The position numbers and the translations under genes are program-made. DNA of 64,000 nt, from the NCBI GenBank assembly GCA_903919075.1, contig CAIXGR010000082.1, forward strand, positions 2,778 through 66,777, read 5' to 3'. Under the pieces are notes generated by a model, which was not told where the DNA came from, searched no databases, and was given only the letters and a program-made list of their open reading frames with translations. Numbering within the stretch: position 1 is the stretch's first letter; each line of letters starts with the position of its first letter. Positions 57,258-64,000 of the stretch are shown one piece after another. This DNA comes from an uncultured Bacteroidota bacterium (lineage in GTDB: Bacteria > Bacteroidota > Bacteroidia > Chitinophagales > LD1).

Positions 57258-57653
57258 TTAGTTCACCAGAAAGGTTCCGAAATTAACTACTTCACCTTCC
57301 TTTATATCCATAAGGCCCAATTTCTCAAAATCCACGTTGTCCCATACCTTGGTTTGAAAATGAACCACATCGCCCTTAAACAACAAAATATACAAGTCGG
57401 GCAGTTGCTCTAATCCAACCCCATGGTTGCGCACATCAGCCGGAAAAAAGTGAATATGTGCCTCGCCCTGTTCATTTAATGTAGCATGCCCAAGGTAGTC
57501 ATCATCACTAAAAATATCCCTGTCATACAGCCTTACAATATATTCGTCACCGGTTAGCGGTGCATTGGTTCCTTTTTGTAAAAATTTCACTTTTACCGTC
57601 ATTTCCATTTCGGGCACCCAGGTCCTAAAGGCGTTTAATAGTTTTGCTGTCAT
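57258..57653 (-). CDS. Hypothetical protein
   Basis: 131-aa open frame with no recognisable motif. A possible internal start gives MEMTVKVKF. Confidence 0.45.
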   Translation of the reverse strand: MTAKLLNAFRTWVPEMEMTVKVKFLQKGTNAPLTGDEYIVRLYDRDIFSDDDYLGHATLNEQGEAHIHFFPADVRNHGVGLEQLPDLYILLFKGDVVHFQTKVWDNVDFEKLGLMDIKEGEVVNFGTFLVN

Positions 57654-57769
57654 TGTAAATAATTATTAGGGAAGCGAATATAACCGGATAAAATGATAAT
57701 GTAATAATAAGAAGATAAGGATATGCGATTTTGGCTAGCCTTTTAGTTCTTGATTCTTGTATCTAGCTT

Positions 57770-59746
57770 TTAATCAAAAAACCTCCACGTAACCCCCGCT
57801 GCAAACGAAAGATCCGCCGCCGGGTATTTATAAAAATTACTATAACCGTAGCCATAGTAAGCATCTATGGGCGAAGTAACATTGGTCACTTTCAAAAATA
57901 TGCGCACCGTTTTAATTTTGAAGTTCACAAAAAAATCAACTAATGGATAAATAGGAAAGTTCGAAAACTGGTAGGTAGGGTTTGGCGTGGTTACCGGTGC
58001 AAACGTTCCCAATAAAGGCTCATAATACGGCCCGCTATTGGTGCTGTATCTTAACCGTACATCAAAACCGGTGGCAAACCAAAAGGCACCTTTAAAAACT
58101 CTATGCTCGTAATAAAGGCTATGCTTGCTATAAAACATAGGGAACATAGAGTTAATGTATCCGTAAGGCGGTGGGGTAATAGTAAACCACAGGTCGTTAT
58201 CAAAATGCAAACCGGCAATACCATTCCGGTTGCCAAAATGCAAAACAAACGCACTTTCAGGGCTTTTGGTAACATAGGGAATAGGCACACCAGGAGTAGT
58301 GGGGATATAACTGGCTACATAATAATTTAAGTCGGCTACAATGCCGTACCTCGGGTTTTGGTATTTACCGCCCACATTAAAAATTGCTGTTTGCGACAGG
58401 CTATCACTCCAACTATTGCGTGGGTAGTAATAATGCTCAAAAATATATGGCGCCTGTTTTAACTGAAAGGTGGCATTGCCAGATAGTATGCCCAATTTAT
58501 TAAAATCATAACCCACCAATCCATCCACCATCAAATCATTTTGATTGTAACCGGCCAAATAATATTTTGCAGTTGCCCGATAAATAATATGCGCCTTCGA
58601 GGCATAATTATTTCTAAAAGTTCCACCCACATACAAGTTGTCGAAAGAGTGATGCAAACCATTTTGCCAAACCAAATAATAATCAACTCCTGCTTCGGCA
58701 TAAGCTATAAAATCTTTTTCGCTATAAGTAGAGTCGGAAGTAAGGCTACGTGGGCGGTACTCTAATTGTATAGCATTGCCAACTTTTAGGTAATGAAAAT
58801 CATTATACACCGAATCGGGGGAAAAAAACTTTTCGTAGTTCACTGTGTCGGGATAGTAATCGCGATAACTAAAACTACTTTTTTCAATATTAAACAGGTG
58901 CGATACTTTAAACACCGGTAGCAAGGTTTTAACCCTCAGCGTATCATTTTTTCTGGCATAGTAACTTTTACCTATGCTATATGATGAGGTAAGATAAAAG
59001 GAAATTTGATTGTAAATGTTTTGTCCCACATCAGTTATTGGTACAAGGTTTTTTTGGAAAAGAGTTGAATCAAAAGGATTAATTTTTACGCCACCGTTCT
59101 CCTGCACCCTAAACGAATTAAAAATTAAGTCAGCATCAATATTCCAATGCTTGTTTTTCGAATTGTAAATTCCATATAACGAAAACCCGTTATCGTTTGC
59201 CCTTTGGCCCTGGTATATACCGGTCGAATAAATTCTGGTAAAGTCAACGCCATAATAAAAAAGGCCTTTGTGTTGGTTCGCAAACTTTACCTTAAACATC
59301 TGGTTATAGTTTAAGCCTATGCACATGGTTAATTCCACATAAGGGCGTATAACCTGGTAATACCTAATCGAATCTTTTTGATACCGGTAAATATCAAACT
59401 GGTTGTAACCAACATTAAAGCCGGTGCTTTTATCCATGCTATAAACCATTGGGAACGCTGCCGTACCATTATTGCCTATGTTCATGGATTCAATGCCATC
59501 GCGCTCCACTTCATTATATTCTTCTAAATGAAAAATGCTTGAATCAATAACATAATGCCGTTCCGGTTCCGCTGAATGATACCAGGTGTCATTCATGGTA
59601 GATGGCTTTGACTGCTTAACCGAAATAGAATCAACAGTGTGCGTAGTTGAATCAGCAGGGCATGAATAGGAGAGGTGAAAAGCAAAAATTGAAAAAAGAA
59701 AGAATAAGAATGTTGTAAACGCTATTTTGAATTTCATATCGAACAT
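57770..59746 (-). CDS. Large outer-membrane beta-barrel protein (putative porin family)
   Basis: Signal-like N-terminus, 658 aa rich in Tyr/Asn/Gly with alternating beta-strand pattern, and a C-terminal aromatic (WRFFD). Confidence 0.6.
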   Translation of the reverse strand: MFDMKFKIAFTTFLFFLFSIFAFHLSYSCPADSTTHTVDSISVKQSKPSTMNDTWYHSAEPERHYVIDSSIFHLEEYNEVERDGIESMNIGNNGTAAFPMVYSMDKSTGFNVGYNQFDIYRYQKDSIRYYQVIRPYVELTMCIGLNYNQMFKVKFANQHKGLFYYGVDFTRIYSTGIYQGQRANDNGFSLYGIYNSKNKHWNIDADLIFNSFRVQENGGVKINPFDSTLFQKNLVPITDVGQNIYNQISFYLTSSYSIGKSYYARKNDTLRVKTLLPVFKVSHLFNIEKSSFSYRDYYPDTVNYEKFFSPDSVYNDFHYLKVGNAIQLEYRPRSLTSDSTYSEKDFIAYAEAGVDYYLVWQNGLHHSFDNLYVGGTFRNNYASKAHIIYRATAKYYLAGYNQNDLMVDGLVGYDFNKLGILSGNATFQLKQAPYIFEHYYYPRNSWSDSLSQTAIFNVGGKYQNPRYGIVADLNYYVASYIPTTPGVPIPYVTKSPESAFVLHFGNRNGIAGLHFDNDLWFTITPPPYGYINSMFPMFYSKHSLYYEHRVFKGAFWFATGFDVRLRYSTNSGPYYEPLLGTFAPVTTPNPTYQFSNFPIYPLVDFFVNFKIKTVRIFLKVTNVTSPIDAYYGYGYSNFYKYPAADLSFAAGVTWRFFD

Positions 59747-59782
59747 TCCATCCTTGCCTTTTTGCGAGAGAGGTGGTAAAAG

Positions 59783-59824
59783 ATCGAAAGTTAGAAGCGA
59801 ATTCCTTCACCTCTAACTTTCGAT
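59783..59824 (-). terminator. 13-bp hairpin downstream of the lpxK-PNP gene pair
   Basis: ATCGAAAGTTAGA (59783-59795) pairs perfectly with TCTAACTTTCGAT (59812-59824) across a 16-nt loop. On the minus strand it is followed by CUUUUA. It lies 11 nt after the PNP stop. Confidence 0.65.
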
Positions 59825-59834
59825 TTCTAAATTC

Positions 59835-60659
59835 TTAAATCATTTTCAATAGCTCAGTAAAAATCTTCGTCATCTTAGGCTCAGCTTCTGCTGCCTTTTG
59901 AAGAACGAATTCGTGAGTAACTGTATCTGCTTTTTCAGGTGGGTAACCCATATCCGAAATAATAGAAATTGCAAAAACCTCCATATTCATGTGTCGGGCT
60001 ACTACTACTTCGGGTGATGTTGACATACCTACTGCATCGGCACCAAGTTTATTTAACATCATACACTCAGCCGGTGTTTCAAAAGTAGGTCCTTGCACAC
60101 CTGCATAAATACCGCTATGGCATTTAATATTATGGTCAAGCGCTATTTGCAATGCTTTGCGAACATAATCGTGGTTATAAGCATTATTCAAGTTCGGGAA
60201 ACGTGGTCCCAGTTCATCAAAGTTTTTTCCGCGTAATGGATGTTCCGGGTGAAGGTAAATATGGTCGGTAATTACCATCAAATCACCTACATCATAATCT
60301 TCATTCAATCCACCGGTAGCGTTCGACATTAGCACGGTTTCAACCCCCATTTGTTTCATAATACGGATAGGGAAAGTTACCTCAGTCATACTATAGCCCT
60401 CATAGTAATGAAAACGTCCGGCCATAGCAATAATGTTTTTGCCGCTTAACTCACCAAATATCAAACTTCCTCTGTGCCCAACTACCGTTGAAACCGGAAA
60501 GTTCGGTATGTCGTGATAAGGTATCTCAACATGTATTTTTATATCCTTTGTAAGATTACCAAGCCCCGATCCCAATACTAATCCGAATTTGTACTGCTGG
60601 GTAATTTTTGTTTTTAAAAAGCTGCTTGTCTCCTTAATTTTCTCTAGTAAATTTTCCAT
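59835..60659 (-). CDS. Purine nucleoside phosphorylase (PNP/PunA trimeric family)
   Basis: Motifs GSGLG, VVGHRGSLIFG, GRFHYYEG, GPRFP, GPTFETPAE and GADAVGMST. Confidence 0.9.
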   Translation of the reverse strand: MENLLEKIKETSSFLKTKITQQYKFGLVLGSGLGNLTKDIKIHVEIPYHDIPNFPVSTVVGHRGSLIFGELSGKNIIAMAGRFHYYEGYSMTEVTFPIRIMKQMGVETVLMSNATGGLNEDYDVGDLMVITDHIYLHPEHPLRGKNFDELGPRFPNLNNAYNHDYVRKALQIALDHNIKCHSGIYAGVQGPTFETPAECMMLNKLGADAVGMSTSPEVVVARHMNMEVFAISIISDMGYPPEKADTVTHEFVLQKAAEAEPKMTKIFTELLKMI

Positions 60660-60661
60660 GT

Positions 60662-61705
60662 TTAATTTTTACCTCCGGTTTTTTGTTTTGTTACTTCAAT
60701 ATATTCGATAATATCAGAATTAAATTTTTCGGCATCGTTTTCTAAAAACCTAACACTTATCGGTTGGACAAATATTTCGATTTTATTCTGTAAAAACCAA
60801 TTACGGTGTTCTTCAAGCCTTGCAGCGTCCTTTTCGGTTGTTACAATCATCTTTTTTGTGTCACCTAAATCACTAAAAGTTTCCCGTATAGCCTCTAGGT
60901 CGTACCTGTCGAAAATATGGTGGTCACGATAGCTTCTCACATACACTTTTCGGGCTTTTTGCTCTAAATAGCTTTTCAGTTCATCATGCTTAGCTATTGC
61001 GCAAACTAACAGAACATCAGTGTCATTCACAAAACTTATTCCGGTTTCAAGATTACTAAACGAGTACAGCTGCCCATATTGTATGCCTGAAAAATAAATT
61101 TTTTGGTAATGATAAGGCCTAATTTCAGCAATAATTTTTTCTCTTTCCTCTTTCGAAAGGTCAAAAGGGCATTTAGATACTATAATAATGTCAGCCCTGT
61201 GGTAGTTATGTTTGGCCTCTCTAAGCCAGCCAATAGGCAGCAATTCATCGCGCGTAAATAAATTGGCATAATCAGTTATAAGCACCGATAAGCCCGGTTT
61301 AATGCTTCTATGCTGAAAAACATCATCCAGCAATATTATATCAGCTTCCGGGTGTTCGCCCAACAATTTAGGAACAGATAACACCCTGTCTTCACCCACC
61401 GAAACAATAGTTTCCGGAAATTTAGTTTTAAATTGTTTAGGCTCGTCCCCAATCTCAGCAGCGGTTGAATTAACATCAGCAATTTTAAAACCGTGGCTGG
61501 TTCTCGCATAGCCTCTGCTTAATGTAGCTACCTTATAAGTATACTGCAATAGCGAAATTAAATACTCAATATGAGGGCTTTTACCAGTGCCACCCACCGA
61601 AAGATTGCCAATGCCAATAATCGGAAAATCGAAACGGACTGATTTGAAAATATCCTTATCATACAAAAAATTCCTAAGTCCGCTTGTAAAAGCATACAGC
61701 AGCAT
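60662..61705 (-). CDS. lpxK: Tetraacyldisaccharide 4'-kinase
   Basis: GNLSVGGTGKSPHIEYL (P-loop), SRGY and LDDVFQH. The frame stays open 57 nt upstream of the ATG without a canonical start (see findings). Confidence 0.9.
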   Translation of the reverse strand: MLLYAFTSGLRNFLYDKDIFKSVRFDFPIIGIGNLSVGGTGKSPHIEYLISLLQYTYKVATLSRGYARTSHGFKIADVNSTAAEIGDEPKQFKTKFPETIVSVGEDRVLSVPKLLGEHPEADIILLDDVFQHRSIKPGLSVLITDYANLFTRDELLPIGWLREAKHNYHRADIIIVSKCPFDLSKEEREKIIAEIRPYHYQKIYFSGIQYGQLYSFSNLETGISFVNDTDVLLVCAIAKHDELKSYLEQKARKVYVRSYRDHHIFDRYDLEAIRETFSDLGDTKKMIVTTEKDAARLEEHRNWFLQNKIEIFVQPISVRFLENDAEKFNSDIIEYIEVTKQKTGGKN

Positions 61706-61888
61706 GAAAGGGGCAAGAAGTATTTTGGATATAGTATTGATAGCTGAAAATTTAAAACCACATTAACATACAGCTGGCAAAATAAGTTTTTATTTTGTTG
61801 TGAAAGGCTTCCTAAGTCTTTAAGCCTTTACAAGCTAACTTGTTGATAGGAAAAGTGTAAATTTCCCCCGCAATAACCCGAAACAAAT

Positions 61889-62983
61889 ATGAAAATTAAA
61901 GACATCACCGATTTCCTCGAAACCATTGCTCCGCCAGAATATCAGGAAAGCTACGATAACAGCGGCCTTATTGTAGGCAATAAAAATGCCGAAGTTAAAA
62001 AGGCACTCATAACATTGGATGTTACAGAAGAAGTACTAGATGAAGCCATTAGTGAAAAATGCGGATTGATTATTGCCCATCACCCAATTATTTTCAGCGG
62101 TTTAAAAAAGTTAAACGGCAAAAATTATGTTGAACGCGTAGTTATAAAAGCCATTAAAAACAACATCGCCATTTATGCCATTCATACCAACCTTGATAAT
62201 GTAATTCAAGGTGTAAACGCCAAAATAGCCGAAAGGCTTGGCTTAATCGATTGCGAAATTCTGGCCCCCAAAAAAGCGCTGCTTAAAAAGTTGTACACCT
62301 TTATACCTGCTGCCCACCACCAACGTGTTGCTAATGCAATATTCGAAGCCGGTGCAGGGCATATTGGCAATTACAGCGAAACAAGTTTTAACGTTACCGG
62401 CACCGGTACTTTTAAAGGCAATGCTGCATCAACCCCTACCATTGGTAAGCGCGGAGTGCTTGAAATGGTGGAAGAAATAAAGTTCGAAACCATTTTCCCT
62501 GCTTTTCTTGAAAGTAAAATCGTTAGCACATTGTTAGAAACACACCCATATGAGGAAGTGGCTTACGATATTGTTGCTCTCGATAATTATTACAACAATG
62601 TAGGCAGCGGTATGATTGGCACCCTTAAAAAGCCAATGGCCGAGGCCAATTTTTTAAAATGGGTGAAAAAGCAGTTGAAAACCGATGGCATCAGGTATAC
62701 TAAATTGTTGGGCAAATCCATAAAAAGGGTAGCCGTTTGCGGCGGTGCGGGCCGTTTTTTGCTAAATAATGCCATAGCCGCAAGGGCCGACATTTTTATT
62801 ACCGCCGACTTTAAATACCACGACTTTTTTGATGCCGATGGCAAAATTGTGGTTGCCGATGTGGGACACTTTGAAAGTGAGCAGTTTACGAAAGATTTAC
62901 TATATGGGTTTATTTCGAAAAAATTCCCTACATTTGCCGCCCGGTTATCGAAGGTAAATACAAACCCAATCAAATATTTATAA
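61889..62983 (+). CDS. Nif3-like dinuclear metal centre protein (GTP cyclohydrolase 1 type 2 homolog)
   Basis: Motifs DNSGLIVG, LIIAHHPIIF, IAIYAIHTNLD and DVGHFESE. Confidence 0.85.
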   Translation: MKIKDITDFLETIAPPEYQESYDNSGLIVGNKNAEVKKALITLDVTEEVLDEAISEKCGLIIAHHPIIFSGLKKLNGKNYVERVVIKAIKNNIAIYAIHTNLDNVIQGVNAKIAERLGLIDCEILAPKKALLKKLYTFIPAAHHQRVANAIFEAGAGHIGNYSETSFNVTGTGTFKGNAASTPTIGKRGVLEMVEEIKFETIFPAFLESKIVSTLLETHPYEEVAYDIVALDNYYNNVGSGMIGTLKKPMAEANFLKWVKKQLKTDGIRYTKLLGKSIKRVAVCGGAGRFLLNNAIAARADIFITADFKYHDFFDADGKIVVADVGHFESEQFTKDLLYGFISKKFPTFAARLSKVNTNPIKYL

Positions 62984-62986
62984 AAA

Positions 62987-63751
62987 ATGGCAGCAACAAA
63001 AACGGCAGCAAACAAAGAAATTTCGATTGATGAGAAGTTAAAGCAACTTTGGGATCTGCAACAAATAGATTCTAAAATTGACAAAATCCAAATTCTTAAA
63101 GGCGAACTTCCTATCGAAGTAAAAGAATTGGAAGACGAAATTGAAGGCCTTCACACCCGCTTGAAAAACTCGCAGGATGAGATGACCGAAATGGAAGAGG
63201 AGATTAAGAACCGCAAAAACGCTAAAGCGCTTGCCAAAGAATTAATCAGCCGTTATGAAAAACAACAGAACAACGTAAAGAACAATCGCGAGTACGATGC
63301 ACTTTCGAAAGAAATTGAATTGCAGAAACTTGAGATACAATTGTGCGATAAGAAAATTGCCGATTCAAATGCCCGTATCGACTCTAAAAAATCGGTACTG
63401 GAAGAAACTGAAAAGATTATCAAGGACCGCGAAAAAAACCTGAAAAACAAGAAAAAAGAACTCGAAAAAATTATCGAGGAAACAGAAAAAGAAGAAAAAG
63501 AACTTCAGAAAGAATCTGAGAAGCAGGCAAAAAAAGTAGAAGACCGTTTGCTAAAAGCATATAACAGAGTTAGAGGCGCTTATAAAAATGGCTTGGCTGT
63601 AGTAGCCGTATTGCGCGATGCATGCGGTGGTTGCTATGCTAAAATACCACCTCAACGCCAGTTAGAAATTCGCCAGCGTAAAAGAATTATTACCTGCGAA
63701 CATTGCGGCCGAATACTGGTAGCTTGGGAAACCGAAGAAGCAAAAAATTAA
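62987..63751 (+). CDS. Coiled-coil / C4 zinc-ribbon protein (COG1579 family, usual Nif3 partner)
   Basis: A long Lys/Glu-rich coiled coil, then CGGCYAKIPPQ...CEHCGRIL. Confidence 0.75.
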   Translation: MAATKTAANKEISIDEKLKQLWDLQQIDSKIDKIQILKGELPIEVKELEDEIEGLHTRLKNSQDEMTEMEEEIKNRKNAKALAKELISRYEKQQNNVKNNREYDALSKEIELQKLEIQLCDKKIADSNARIDSKKSVLEETEKIIKDREKNLKNKKKELEKIIEETEKEEKELQKESEKQAKKVEDRLLKAYNRVRGAYKNGLAVVAVLRDACGGCYAKIPPQRQLEIRQRKRIITCEHCGRILVAWETEEAKN

Positions 63752-63758
63752 ACTCCAT

Positions 63759-63788
63759 AAAAACCCTCTCCGAAACGAGAGGGTTTTT
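63759..63788 (+). terminator. Rho-independent terminator
   Basis: AAACCCTCTC-cgaaac-GAGAGGGTTTTT, 8 nt after the stop at 63751. Confidence 0.8.
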
Positions 63789-63840
63789 AATTTTATTACA
63801 TATTTGTAAGATGGCTTTACCTCACATCGTCAAGTCTTAA

Positions 63841-64000
63841 ATGGAAATACAAAACAATAAATCTTTAAAATCTCTCAACACTTTTGGTATTGATGCCAGT
63901 GCTAAGCACTATGTCGAAATCAATTCAATTGATAGTTTTAAAGAATTACTTGCCGATAAAAAGTTGAATGCCGAGCCAAAATTAATTTTAGGTGGAGGCA
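63841..64000 (+). CDS. murB: UDP-N-acetylenolpyruvoylglucosamine reductase, 5' partial
   Basis: My own translation is MEIQNNKSLKSLNTFGIDASAKHYVEINSIDSFKELLADKKLNAEPKLILGGG, which matches the MurB N-terminus (NTFGI...LILGGGSN). It runs off the window. Confidence 0.8.
   Translation, partial: MEIQNNKSLKSLNTFGIDASAKHYVEINSIDSFKELLADKKLNAEPKLILGGG

Noticed and set aside
1-64000. Looked for CRISPR arrays, tRNA/rRNA/tmRNA genes, transposases, integrases, phage genes and toxin-antitoxin or defence-system signatures.
   Set aside because: There is no direct-repeat/spacer periodicity and no tRNA-like T-arm (GGTTCGAATCC-type) outside coding sequence. No product has DDE, tyrosine-recombinase, serine-recombinase or known defence motifs. 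The window reads as core chromosome. A covariance-model scan (tRNAscan, Infernal) would be needed to exclude small RNAs formally.

Overview
This 64-kb window looks like ordinary chromosome from a Bacteroidota genome, probably Sphingobacteriia/Chitinophagia-like. The lineage call rests on eye-estimated ~40% GC, type III glutamine synthetase, T9SS PorP/SprF and a T9SS C-terminal sorting domain, and an ExbB-ExbD-ExbD-TonB-PstS-like-TPR cluster. I call about 60 protein-coding genes, mostly housekeeping: dnaB, prfB, arfB, folB, surE, lpxB, lpxK, murB, pntAA/AB/B, glnN, a glutaryl-CoA dehydrogenase-like gene and an acyl-CoA carboxylase beta subunit. By eye I found no rRNA, tRNA, CRISPR array, transposase, integrase or prophage signature. 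Six loci deserve a closer look. (1) 1-2484: a sulfur-carrier operon in which a ThiS/MoaD-like ubiquitin-fold domain ending in Gly-Gly is translationally fused to its own MoeB/ThiF E1, next to a JAMM protease and a CysM-like cysteine synthase. (2) 28836-32465: two tandem paralogous secreted proteins with Ig/PKD-like repeats and a long ALK/LTK-type glycine-rich C-terminal domain. (3) 41645-47409: a glycosylation cluster pairing a TMTC/PMT-like GT-C membrane protein carrying TPRs with a DPM1/GtrB-like GT2, DUF2304, two further GT2s and a methyltransferase. (4) 11833-14130: a T9SS cargo gene split by a single in-frame TAA. (5) 36952-36967: the classical prfB +1 programmed frameshift. (6) Several small RNA-structure or repeat features. 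All function calls come from motif recognition in the supplied translations. No database search was run.
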